Positions 9,623-19,265 are shown, counted from the first letter of the stretch. The stretch: DNA of 64,000 nt from Vulcanimicrobiota bacterium (GCA_050250895.1 JBFWNU010000004.1:64001-128000), one strand, 5' to 3'. The notes: generated by a model from the sequence alone, not told the origin. Program-made: numbers and translations.

Positions 9623-10777
9623 ATGATCGATCTTCCGCGCGGGTTTCGCGCCTGCGGTGTCCATGCCGGGCTCAAGAAAGATGGCCAGCTCGATGTGGGC
9701 ATGCTGGTCAGCGACAGCCCCTGCCGAGGCGCGGCCGTCTTCACCAAAAACCTGGTCGTGGCCGCCCCGGTCGTCTTCGACCGCCAACTGCTGCTCGACC
9801 ACCCCGAGTCTCTCGCGGGAGTCGTGCTCAACAGCAAGAACGCTAACGCCGTCACCGGTGAGCAAGGCATGCGCGACGCCGAGGCCATGTCGGCCTATGC
9901 TCAAAGGGCCCTGGCCACCGCCAATCGCATGCTGGTGATGTCGACCGGGGTGATCGGCAACCCCATGCCCATGGACAAGATCCGAGCCGGGATCGACCTG
10001 GGCGTGCCCGCGCTGGGCCCGGACGGCACCGGCTTGTCGCTAGCCATGATGACCACCGACACCCGGCCCAAGACGGCCACCGCCACCCTTTCCAACGGCG
10101 CACGCCTGACCGGCTTTGCCAAAGGCGCCGGCATGATCCATCCCGATATGGCCACCATGCTCTCGATCGTGGCCACCGACGCCGAGCTCTCCTTGACGGA
10201 ACTGCGCTCGCTGGTGGCGTGGGTGAGCGAGCATTCTTTCAACTGCATCTCGGTCGACGGCGACACCAGCACCAACGACACCTTTCTGGTGCTGGCCAAC
10301 GGCCGGGCCGGCCCCGTCGACCCCTCCGAATTCCGCGCCGCCCTACTGTCTCTAAGCCAGGATCTGGCCCGCCAGGTCGCTTTTGACGGCGAGGGAGCAG
10401 CCCACCACCTTACCATCGAGGTCGAAGGCCTGGCCGACTTCGCCCAGGCCCGAGCCATCGGTCGCACCATCGCCACCTCGCCCCTGGTCAAGACGGCCAT
10501 CTACGGACGCGATGCCAACTGGGGCCGCATCCTGGCTGCGGCCGGCCGGGCCGGAGTGCCTTTCGACCCCGAATTGGCCAACCTCTGGCTCGAAGACCTG
10601 CAGTTCCTCTCCGCCGGCCAACCCAAACTGCACGACCCCGATGTCGAACGCGACCGCCTCTCTCGCCAGGCCCTGACCATTCGCCTACAACTCGGCTCCG
10701 GCCCCGGCCGGGCCACCGTCTGGACCTGCGACCTCACCGACGACTACATCCGCATCAACGCCGAATACCGCACCTAG
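9623..10777 (+). CDS. argJ: Bifunctional ornithine acetyltransferase/N-acetylglutamate synthase ArgJ
   Basis: STGVIG, MTTDT, KGAGMIHPDMATML, VDGDTSTND, DGEGA, SPLVKTA and YIRINAEYRT motifs. Confidence 0.96.
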   Translation: MIDLPRGFRACGVHAGLKKDGQLDVGMLVSDSPCRGAAVFTKNLVVAAPVVFDRQLLLDHPESLAGVVLNSKNANAVTGEQGMRDAEAMSAYAQRALATANRMLVMSTGVIGNPMPMDKIRAGIDLGVPALGPDGTGLSLAMMTTDTRPKTATATLSNGARLTGFAKGAGMIHPDMATMLSIVATDAELSLTELRSLVAWVSEHSFNCISVDGDTSTNDTFLVLANGRAGPVDPSEFRAALLSLSQDLARQVAFDGEGAAHHLTIEVEGLADFAQARAIGRTIATSPLVKTAIYGRDANWGRILAAAGRAGVPFDPELANLWLEDLQFLSAGQPKLHDPDVERDRLSRQALTIRLQLGSGPGRATVWTCDLTDDYIRINAEYRT

Positions 10778-10814
10778 CGGCCTGCGGCCCAGGAGGTGCT
10801 CGGGCGGCCTGCGG

Positions 10815-12511
10815 TTCACCCCGAGAAATCGCGGGGTTGAACCCGGATCTAGCCACGTCACCCCGAGAAATCGCGGGGTGAACCCGGTTTCGGCCCCTTC
10901 ACCCCGAGAATCGCGGGGTGAACCCGGTTTCGGCCCCTTCACCCCGAGAAATCGCGGGGTGAACCCGGTTTCGGCCCCTTCACCCCGAGAATCGCGGGGT
11001 TGAACCCGGATCTAGCCACGTCACCCCCTAGAATCGCGGGGTGAACCCGGTTTCGGCCCCTTCACCCCGAGAATCGCGGGGTGAACCCGGTTTTAGCCCC
11101 TTCACCTTCACCCCGAGAAATCGCGGGGTGAACCCGGTTTCGGCCCCTTCACCCCGAGAATCGCGGGGTGAACCCGGTTTTAGCCACTTCACCCCGAGAA
11201 ATCGCGGGGTTGAACCCGGATCTAGCCACGTCACCCCCTAGAATCGCGGGGTGAACCCGGTTTGAGCCCCTTCACCCCGAGAATCGCGGGGTGAACCCGG
11301 TTTCGGCCCCTTCCCCCCGAGAAATCGCGGGGTGAACCCGGTTTCGGCCCCTTCACCCCGAGAATCGCGGGGTGAACCCCGGCCCGGCCCAACCCTCGAG
11401 TTGAGCGACAGCTCAACTCGCTCCCCTCTCGGAGCCCTGCTCCGCTCCCCTCTCCGCGAAGCGGCTCCCTTCTCGACGGCGCAGCCGTCGCTCCCCGTCG
11501 GCCGCAGGCCGAGAATCGCTGGGTGAACCCGGTTTTAGCCACTTCACCCCGAGAAATCGCGGGGTGAACCCGGTTTTAGCCCCTTCACCCCGAGAAATCG
11601 CGGGGTGAACCCGGTTTCGGCCCCTTCACCCCGAGAATCGCGGGGTGAACCCGGTTTTAGCCCCTTCACCCCGAGAAATCGCGGTGTGAACCCGGTTTCG
11701 GCCCCTTCACCCCGAGAAATCGCGGGGTGAACCCGGTTTCGGCCCCTTCACCCCGAGAATCGCGGGGTGAACCCCGGCCCGGCCCAACCCTCGAGTTGAG
11801 CGACAGCTCAACTCGCTCCCCTCTCGGAGCCCTGCTCCGCTCCCCTCTCCGCGAAGCGGCTCCCTTCTCGACGGCGCAGCCGTCGCTCCCCGTCGGCCGC
11901 AGGCCGAGAATCGCTGGGTGAACCCGGTTTTAGCCACTTCACCCCGAGAAATCGCGGGGTGAACCCGGTTTTAGCCCCTTCACCCCGAGAAATCGCGGGG
12001 TGAACCCGGTTTCGGCCCCTTCACCCCGAGAATCGCGGGGTGAACCCGGTTTTAGCCCCTTCACCCCGAGAAATCGCGGTGTGAACCCGGTTTCGGCCCC
12101 TTCACCCCGAGAAATCGCGGGGTGAACCCGGTTTCGGCCCCTTCACCCCGAGAATCGCGGGGTGAACCCGGTTTTAGCCACTTCACCCCGAGAAATCGCG
12201 GGGTTGAACCCGGATCTAGCCACGTCACCCCCTAGAATCGCGGGGTGAACCCGGTTTGAGCCCTTCACCCCGAGAATCGCGGGGTGAACCCGGTTTCGGC
12301 CCCTTCACCCCGAGAAATCGCGGGGTGAACCCGGTTTCGGCCCCTTCACCCGAGAATCGCGGGGTGAACCCCGGCCCGGCCAACCCTCGAGTTGAGCGAC
12401 AGCTCAACTCGCTCCCCTCTCCGCGAAGCGGCTCCTTTCTCGACGGCGCAGCCGTCGCTCCCCGTCGGCCGCAGGCCGAAAGCGCTCCCCGTCGGCCGAA
12501 AGCGCTCCCCG
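10815..12511. repeat. Intergenic tandem array of ~33 palindromic 40-41 bp units (REP/BIME-like) with three embedded hairpin cassettes
   Basis: Consensus TTCACCCCGAGA(A)ATCGCGGGGTGAACCCGGTTT(CG/TA)GCCCC with stem TTCACCCCG/CGGGGTGAA; includes a 395-bp higher-order duplication. Confidence 0.95.
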
Positions 12512-12512
12512 C

Positions 12513-12554
12513 TTGCCAAAGCCACCGACTTAGGCTATGATTCACACGTGTGAA
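12513..12554 (+). promoter_or_regulatory. Sigma70-like promoter with overlapping palindromic operator
   Basis: TTGCCA(12513)-17 bp-TATGAT(12536), then perfect palindrome TTCACACGTGTGAA (12541-12554); AAAGGAG RBS downstream. Confidence 0.65.
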
Positions 12555-12577
12555 ACCTCTGAAAGGAGGAGTTACCG

Positions 12578-13402
12578 ATGAGTAATAAGCCTGTGAAGCG
12601 CATCCTGGTCGCTTCCGATTTCGACAAGACCCTGAGCTTTAACGACTCGGGGCAGATCCTCAGCGACATGCTGGGAGCCGAGAACTTCGAGAAGAAAGTG
12701 TCCGGCCTATCCAAGATCAACATCGTCCAGCAGGGGGCCGAACTCGCCTATCTGCTGCGCCACGACCCCGACTTCCGCTGCGTGCGGCGCGATTTATTGG
12801 GCGAAGTGGGCCGCCAGGTCCAACTCAAACGCAACGTGCGCGAATTCGTCAATTTTCTCAGCGCCGGTGTGGAGGGTTTCCATTTCGACTTTCGCGTGAT
12901 CTCGGCCGCCCCTAGCGAGGTGGTGCGCTCCGCCCTGGAAGGCATCGTCGAGCCCGAGCATGTCCTGGGCACCGAGTTCGACTTTGACGAGCAGGGAGAG
13001 ATCTCGGCCATCCGCCGGGCCGCCGCCGGCTACGGCAAGGTGGTCATCTTGCAAGAACTCGAGGCCGACCTGGGAGTGCGACCCGACCATGTCGTCTACG
13101 TCGGCGACGGCAGTTCGGACCTGCACGTCATGATGCACGTCAACCAGACCGAGGGCCTGACCATCGGGGTCTCGCAGACTCAATACATCGTGCGAACAGC
13201 CCGCAGAACCATCTTGAGTGACAATGCCATGGCGGTGCTAGTTCCGATCCTCGAAGAGATCGTGCACATGCCAAGCCATGAGATCCGCGATGCCTTCGAG
13301 CGTCACGGCCTGCTGCTCACCGACTGGGAGCGGGCCCGCACCGATTGGCTCACCATCGACGAAGTGCCAGCTCCACCGCTGGCGAATGCGAGTGTATTAT
13401 GA
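12578..13402 (+). CDS. HAD superfamily hydrolase (HAD-IB-like)
   Basis: SDFDKTL motif I, ISAA motif II, GK, YVGDGSSD motif IV. Confidence 0.85.
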   Translation: MSNKPVKRILVASDFDKTLSFNDSGQILSDMLGAENFEKKVSGLSKINIVQQGAELAYLLRHDPDFRCVRRDLLGEVGRQVQLKRNVREFVNFLSAGVEGFHFDFRVISAAPSEVVRSALEGIVEPEHVLGTEFDFDEQGEISAIRRAAAGYGKVVILQELEADLGVRPDHVVYVGDGSSDLHVMMHVNQTEGLTIGVSQTQYIVRTARRTILSDNAMAVLVPILEEIVHMPSHEIRDAFERHGLLLTDWERARTDWLTIDEVPAPPLANASVL

Positions 13403-14394
13403 CCAGAGTCACCATCAAGACCATCGCCGAAGAAGTGGGAGTCACCCACGGCACCGTCTCGCGCGCCTTGCGCGGCGATAGCCGAGTGCGTTCCGAGACG
13501 GCCGAGGCCGTGCAAGAGGCGGCCGAGCGCCTGGGCTATCGTCCCAGCCGCTCGGCTCGAGCTCTGCGCACGCGGCGCACCGGCAATCTGGCCATCGTGG
13601 TCAGCTATGTCCACGATCCGTTCTATTCCGAGGTGGTCCAGGCCATCCACGACCGCCTCTTCCCCCTCCACTACAACCTGTTCATGGCCGCCACCGAGTT
13701 CGACCTCGAACGCCAGGCCGAGGTGGCTCGCACCCTGGGCGAAGAGCTGGTCGACGGAGCCTTTGTCTGCTGTCTTCCCGGCATGACGCCCCCCTTCCAG
13801 AAACTGGCCCAGACGGTGCCGCTGGTTACCATCAACTGCGATCCGACCATCTATCCCTACGGGGTGGTCCATCAAGATCGCGAGGCGATGCGTCTGTGCT
13901 ATCAGTATCTGCTCGAGCGAGGCCACCGCAAGATCGGCTACCTGGGCGCGGTCAACGGCGGCAACGCCGAACGCGCCCGACGCGGCGCTTTCACCGACGC
14001 GGCCGCGGGCATGGCCGTGCCGGCCTTGATGCGAAGCGCCGAAGACGTCAAGGTCGAGGCCGGCGAGGCGGCCATGCGAACCTGGCTCGATCAGGGAGTC
14101 AACGACATGACCGCTCTCATCTGCTTTAACGACACGGTGGCCATCGGAGCCATGAAGGCCTGCGCCGAAGCGGGGGTCAAAGTTCCCGAGGAACTCTCGG
14201 TTGTGGGCTTTGACGACATCGAGATGGCCAGTTACGTTCGGCCGGCCTTGACCACATTCAGCCAGCCCCGCTACGAGATGGGTCGGGCTGCCACCGAGAT
14301 GATGATGGCCCTGTTGGCCGGCAAGAGCCCCCCTGCTCCGGCTCGATTTCTCGGCAAGCTGGTCGAACGCGAGAGTGTGGCCAACGCGATCTAG
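13399..14394 (+). CDS. LacI family transcriptional regulator
   Basis: VTIKTIAEEVGVTHGTVSRAL HTH; VPEELSVVGFDD; PALTT; ATGA overlap with the HAD gene. Confidence 0.95.
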   Translation: MTRVTIKTIAEEVGVTHGTVSRALRGDSRVRSETAEAVQEAAERLGYRPSRSARALRTRRTGNLAIVVSYVHDPFYSEVVQAIHDRLFPLHYNLFMAATEFDLERQAEVARTLGEELVDGAFVCCLPGMTPPFQKLAQTVPLVTINCDPTIYPYGVVHQDREAMRLCYQYLLERGHRKIGYLGAVNGGNAERARRGAFTDAAAGMAVPALMRSAEDVKVEAGEAAMRTWLDQGVNDMTALICFNDTVAIGAMKACAEAGVKVPEELSVVGFDDIEMASYVRPALTTFSQPRYEMGRAATEMMMALLAGKSPPAPARFLGKLVERESVANAI

Positions 14395-14469
14395 ACCAGG
14401 GCCTCTGTCTGAGCGAAGGTTGAAGAGCCCGCTGTGCGAATCTTCGACCATCAAGTCTCGGGAGGCTCT

Positions 14470-14874
14470 ATGACCAGAAAACTGACGACCGCGGCACTGA
14501 CGACTCTGCTCGCTTTATGCCTGTGTGGCCAGGCCTTCGCCTACAACGCCGGCGGAACGTGGCGTTCCACCTCTGGGACCATGGTCTACATCGATCCCTA
14601 CTTCAACGTCGGGCTGCGAGGCGCTAACGGCGCGGTTTACAACGGACAGGGCTGGTGGGTCAACGGCATGACCGGCCTGCAGTTCCAGTATTCGCTCGCG
14701 GGTATGGATGGCTGGGCCACGGCCACCTTTCTCGACAACAACAATTTGAGGGTTGTGTCCTATCAGGGCACAGTCAGCCACTGGCGACGAATCGCCGGCC
14801 GCGGCGGCGAAGAGCAGGTGAACCCGCCGACCAGCTGGTTCACCGAGGCGGCCACCAAGGCCAACCCCGACTAA
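14470..14874 (+). CDS. Hypothetical secreted protein
   Basis: GGAGG RBS; signal peptide ending AFA; small beta-rich domain. Confidence 0.7.
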   Translation: MTRKLTTAALTTLLALCLCGQAFAYNAGGTWRSTSGTMVYIDPYFNVGLRGANGAVYNGQGWWVNGMTGLQFQYSLAGMDGWATATFLDNNNLRVVSYQGTVSHWRRIAGRGGEEQVNPPTSWFTEAATKANPD

Positions 14875-15030
14875 GGGTCTGTCAGGGATTAAGAGTAGCA
14901 TTCCCGGTGTCGAGACACCCCGTTGCAAGGCGCGTCTGACCACGCATATCGGCAATATGTAAGGGAAGCGCAACGCAGCCACGGGGATCGATCGGCGCCG
15001 CGAATGCACGAGTTATTGCCTGACAGGCCC
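14875..15030. mobile_element. MITE (156 bp) with IS5-family-like ends
   Basis: TIRs GGGTCTGTCAGG / CCTGACAGGCCC (11 of 12 match); TAA direct repeats at 14872-14874 and 15031-15033; no transposase. Confidence 0.75.
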
Positions 15031-16163
15031 TAACCCAGATGACGCTCCAGGTAGCCACGGTCAACGCGCTTGGGGCGTCTTTCTGCCACCAGCAGGTCCA
15101 ATTCTCGCAGCTCATGCTGAATGCCCCAGGCACCGAAGCCGCTGGCGGCCGCCCGCTCGGCCAAGAAGCTTCTTGCGCTTTGGGAAACGCCAAGCTCGGC
15201 GAGCCAGGGGCAGCACTGATCCGTCAGCAGAGCCACCAGGTCGTTGGCTGTTGGATCGGGCAGAAACAGCTTCAGTGGCATCCGCGCCAGCACCGCCTGC
15301 GGCAACCCGAGTTCCAGCAGAACCTCGCTAGAGCATACCGTCTGGGACCGGGGCAACCGCAATACACCTACGAACAGGATGCCCCGGGTAGGAAGCTCCC
15401 CCTCACCGCCCTCCACCATCGTGCCGTCCAGAAACCTGAGCAGTTCGGCCCAGACGGCGCCCCGCATAGGGTCGGGCTGTAACCAGCTCTCTGAACCCAG
15501 ATGATGCGCGACCGAACCTTGTCTTGCGACGCTATCACGCCCAACTGCTGCGTCGCAGTCACCGCTGCGGTGCTCAAATATGACTCGATATTATCCGCTC
15601 CTCGCGGCGCCTGCTCCTTGCATTTGAGCGCGCTATCGCCGCAATCCTGCGGCCCGGCTACGCATCATCTGGGTTAAATTATCGAGCACTACCACTCCCG
15701 AGGTGGCCACAGCGCTCAGTTCGCCCTCCCGAAGCAGAGCGTAAGTCAGCAGCTCGAGGGATGAGCCCCGGTGGCCCGTGGCCGTCAACGAGGTCACGTC
15801 GACCACTGCCGTCGGAGCCAACCGGCGCAGGGAGGTGGCCAGACTGGTCTTGCCCGAGCCGCACCCGCCGGCGATGATGGCGTGATGGCGAGCCCCCTCG
15901 AAACCCGGCAGCAGGGCAGGTCTGGCCAGGGCACGGGCAAGCTTGCGAGAGGGCCCGATCAGACTGGGCAAGTCGAGGTCTTCGGCCAGGATGTCGGCTG
16001 GATTGCCTGATTTAAGCAAGGGTGGCATACCCAGCATCCGCGCGGCCGTCTGGGCACAAGCAGGACAAACCATGCCGTGAGCCCCGGCAACCACCCGTTC
16101 GAAAGTGTGGCAACACAGACTGCAGCGAAAATGGCCGCTATGCTCGACAAACAGAGCCATCAC
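15030..16163 (-). pseudogene. Divergent ClpX-like AAA+ ATPase interrupted by a 180-bp MITE
   Basis: CSLC...CPAC zinc finger, GGCGSGKT, VDVTSLTATGHRG (cf. ADATTLTEAGYVG) and GVVVLD. The C-terminal half (AELLRFLDG, GILFV, LGLPQAVLARMP) is in the same frame. Confidence 0.75.
15495..15674. mobile_element. MITE (180 bp)
   Basis: Perfect 14-bp TIRs ACCCAGATGATGCG / CGCATCATCTGGGT flanked by TGA and TAA; removal restores the ClpX-like frame (DNL-(S)ESWLQPDPMRG). Confidence 0.8.
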
Positions 16164-16233
16164 GACTCATTACGCCTTGACCCGACCGACCTCCTACGAG
16201 GATGGCGCCCGGCCGTGTTCGAAGCGGTGAAGC

Positions 16234-17085
16234 ATGAACATCGGCAAACTCGGAGTCTTTCTCTTCAACGATTCAATGACCGCTCAGCACACCGCCGACC
16301 TGGCCCGCAAGGCAGAGCAATGGGGCTATGGCGCCTACTGGTTCACCGAGGCCCGCGGCCGCAACAGCTTCGCCCACGCGGCCTGGCTGCTCTCTCAGAC
16401 CAGCAAACTGGTAGTTGCCACCGGTATAGCCAACATCTACGCCCGCGACGCCCAGGCCACGGCCGGCGCCCGCTACGCCCTCAACGAACAATCTGACAAC
16501 CGCTTCTTGCTCGGCCTCGGAGTCTCGCACGCTCCCCTGGTGGAAGGGCTGCGGGGCCATAATTACGGCAAGCCGCTGGCCTTCATGCGCGAGTACCTCG
16601 AAAAGATGAGTCAGGCCGTCTACGACGCCCCCAAGCCGACTGGTGACAGCCAGGTCGTGCTGGCCGCCCTCGGCCCCAAGATGCTAAAGCTAGCCGGCGA
16701 GATGGCCGACGGAGCCCACCCCTACAACGTCACTCCCGAGCATACCGCCCAGGCCCGCAAAATTCTCGGGCCAAATAAGAAGCTCTACGTCGAACACAAA
16801 GTCATGCTCGAGACCGACCCGGCCAAAGCCCGGGCGGCCGGCCGTCAGGCCCTCGACTTCTATTGTAAGTTACCCAACTATCGCAACAACTGGCTCCGAC
16901 TGGGATTCACAGAAGACGACATCGACAGCCTGTCGGATCGCTTCATCGACGCCATGGTGGCCTGGGGCGACGAAGAAGCCGTGCGCGCCAAGCTTGACGA
17001 GCATTTTCAGGCCGGAGCCGACCATGTTTGCATCCAGCCTCTGACCGACGTCGAGAAGACGCTGCAAAGATTGGCTCCGGGCTAA
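16234..17085 (+). CDS. LLM class (probably F420-dependent) oxidoreductase
   Basis: VATGIANIYARD, RFLLGLGVSH, LAALGPKML, DGAHPY and AGADHVCIQ motifs. Confidence 0.9.
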   Translation: MNIGKLGVFLFNDSMTAQHTADLARKAEQWGYGAYWFTEARGRNSFAHAAWLLSQTSKLVVATGIANIYARDAQATAGARYALNEQSDNRFLLGLGVSHAPLVEGLRGHNYGKPLAFMREYLEKMSQAVYDAPKPTGDSQVVLAALGPKMLKLAGEMADGAHPYNVTPEHTAQARKILGPNKKLYVEHKVMLETDPAKARAAGRQALDFYCKLPNYRNNWLRLGFTEDDIDSLSDRFIDAMVAWGDEEAVRAKLDEHFQAGADHVCIQPLTDVEKTLQRLAPG

Positions 17086-17726
17086 TGGGCAAAGCCATCG
17101 CCGCCGTAGTCGTGCTGCTGGTGGGCTTTCTGGCCTACCGCTTCATGGCCAATCTCGCCGACCCGGTCCCTTTGAAGAACCTCGAGGTGGTGCATCCGGT
17201 CGGGCCGCTGGCGGCGCTGTCGGCCAAGAGCGCTCCCGAACAGCACCGTCTCTATTTCTCGCAGACTTTCCAGTTCAGTCCCTTCTATCGCCTCAAGCCA
17301 TTGGCCACCTATCGCCTCGAGGCCCGGGTGCTCAGCGCCCGCGATTATAGCAAAGAACGCAGCGCCGAAGCCCAGCTCTCGCCGGTGGACTTTGCTCTCG
17401 GGTGGGGAGTCATGGCCGAGCCCCGCATCGCCCGCAACATTCCCATTTCGCAAGACCACCGATTCTATCACTTTACCAGTCCCGGCAATCCCGATGTCGA
17501 TACCGTGGCCAGGCATAGCGCCAACACCCACATGGTGCCCATCAACGACGAGGTCCACAAACAGTTGATGCAGGTCGAGAAGGGGGATCTCCTCCGCCTG
17601 CGGGGCTATCTGGTCAAAGTGGTCGGAGATGACGGCTGGACCTGGAAGAGTTCGCTGACCCGTTCAGACACGGGCGGAGGTGCCTGCGAACTGATGCTGG
17701 TGGCCGAGATGTCTAAAGAGGAGTGA
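17085..17726 (+). CDS. Conserved hypothetical membrane-anchored protein
   Basis: N-terminal TM; SPVDFALGWG, HSANTHMVP and SSLTRSDTGGGACE motifs; coupled to the upstream stop. Confidence 0.75.
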   Translation: MGKAIAAVVVLLVGFLAYRFMANLADPVPLKNLEVVHPVGPLAALSAKSAPEQHRLYFSQTFQFSPFYRLKPLATYRLEARVLSARDYSKERSAEAQLSPVDFALGWGVMAEPRIARNIPISQDHRFYHFTSPGNPDVDTVARHSANTHMVPINDEVHKQLMQVEKGDLLRLRGYLVKVVGDDGWTWKSSLTRSDTGGGACELMLVAEMSKEE

Positions 17727-18453
17727 TTCGCCCCAAAAAGAGGCGGCTGTCGTATTCGAAGCGCACCAGGCCGTCTTGCTGGTGGAGGGCGAAGATCTCG
17801 GCCAGGCGAGCCATCATCGGCTCATAGTTCGGGTGTCCCTGGCGGGGCACATAAGAGCAGGACATCAGGCGCCCTACCAGTCCATTCCAGTCCAGAGTTT
17901 GGTGGTTGTCTACCACCACCGTCTCGTAGTCGTCAAACCAGCCGTCCAAATGCTCCTCGAAGACGAGGCGATGGCCCACCTCTTCATAGTCTAGCCCGTA
18001 GCGCAAAAGCATCGCCTCATAATCGGTCAATAGGGGGGTCGAAGAGCGACGGTCGTTCCAGATCAGGGCCACCCGACCATCCGGCTTCAAGATGCGAGCG
18101 AACTCGGCCCTGGTCTCGGCGGGACGAAACCAGTGAAAGGCCTGAGCGGCCGTGACCAGGTCGACGCTCTGGTCCAGCAGGCCGGTGGATTCGGCCGTGC
18201 CGTCGTGGCTGTGGAAGCGCTGGTGGTGACCCAGTTTGGCCTCGGCGGCCGCCCGCATCTGGGGATTGGGTTCAAGGGCAAAAACATGCGCTCCGGCTTC
18301 GAGCAGACGGCGCGTCAGGATGCCGGTGCCCGAGCCCACATCAGCCACCTGCTTGCCCTCGACCTCGAGAGCATCGACGATGGCCTGGGGATAGTCGGGG
18401 CGATAGAGGTCGTAAATCGAAGCGGTCTCGCCAAAGCGGGCGGTCGAGTCCAT
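17713..18453 (-). CDS. Class I SAM-dependent methyltransferase
   Basis: YRPDYP, VADVGSGTG, AAQAFHWF. Confidence 0.92.
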   Translation of the reverse strand: MDSTARFGETASIYDLYRPDYPQAIVDALEVEGKQVADVGSGTGILTRRLLEAGAHVFALEPNPQMRAAAEAKLGHHQRFHSHDGTAESTGLLDQSVDLVTAAQAFHWFRPAETRAEFARILKPDGRVALIWNDRRSSTPLLTDYEAMLLRYGLDYEEVGHRLVFEEHLDGWFDDYETVVVDNHQTLDWNGLVGRLMSCSYVPRQGHPNYEPMMARLAEIFALHQQDGLVRFEYDSRLFLGRITPL

Positions 18454-19265
18454 CAGAAGTGCACCGTGACCGAGCCAACCTGGAGATAGTCCTCACCCGT
18501 CTCGAGCGTCAATCGGCTAGCCTCTTGGGGCTCGAGCAGCTTGGAGGCTTTCACCTGGCAAGTGCTACCATCGTCGAGGTGTAGCACGAAACTGTCGTCT
18601 CCGGCCTGGGCGCCGGTGATAGGGTGCTCACATTCGAAGACGCCCTGTTCTTTAAGGGAGGCGTCGAGCAGGGTGAAGTGCCTATCCTGGTAGATTCCGA
18701 CACCGTCGGGACCGGCCACCAAGTGACCTTGCCGAGGCGCGGGGCCCTCGCTGAGCAAGCGCCCGTCCTCGAGGGCAAAACGTCGGAGCTTATCTTTGTC
18801 GAGAGTCACCAGTTCCTCGCCATTGACGGCAAACTCTCGGCCTTTGCCCGACCAGCGGCGGGCGCCGGTCTCCACATCCAGAGCCTGGACATCACCAAAA
18901 GCCCGCGCGGCCAGCACCAACCCGGCTCCCGCCAGGGCCGGCGTGCCGATCAAAATATCTCCCAGCCCGACCTTCCAGCGACGATGACCGTTGTCACCGT
19001 TGAGCGCCATCAGGGTATAGTCCTTGGCGTCGAAGACCATCACCGTCTCGTCGGCCAGGACGGTGGGCTTGCGCATCATTGTCATGGGAAAGGTGCGCTT
19101 CCAGACGGGTTCTTCCTGGCCGCAGCGGCGGGCGAACAGGTCGTAGGTCTTCTGTTCTACCTCGAGCTCGGGCTGGATGGACGCCGGGCCCTGATGAGGT
19201 TCGGCTCGCAGCCGGGTCGGTCGGTCACCGAGCACCCGGCTGGCGGTATCAAAGTGGATGGACAC
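18453..19265 (-). CDS. PQQ-like beta-propeller repeat protein
   Basis: LMALNGDNGHRRW and VQALDVETGARRW repeats. Confidence 0.7.
   Translation of the reverse strand: MSIHFDTASRVLGDRPTRLRAEPHQGPASIQPELEVEQKTYDLFARRCGQEEPVWKRTFPMTMMRKPTVLADETVMVFDAKDYTLMALNGDNGHRRWKVGLGDILIGTPALAGAGLVLAARAFGDVQALDVETGARRWSGKGREFAVNGEELVTLDKDKLRRFALEDGRLLSEGPAPRQGHLVAGPDGVGIYQDRHFTLLDASLKEQGVFECEHPITGAQAGDDSFVLHLDDGSTCQVKASKLLEPQEASRLTLETGEDYLQVGSVTVHF

Noticed and set aside
10815-12400. CRISPR array (stem resembles type I-E repeats)
   Set aside because: Inter-repeat segments are short, near-identical and recurring rather than unique 30-40 bp spacers; no cas genes or AT-rich leader.
10685-12545. Short ORFs inside the repeat array
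   Set aside because: 40/41-bp units shift frame constantly; these are translations of repeats without RBS.
15488-15680. Integron attC site (AAC...GTTAAAT ends)
   Set aside because: Left box does not fit RYYYAAC, the element sits inside a gene, and there is no cassette array or integrase; a MITE explains it better.
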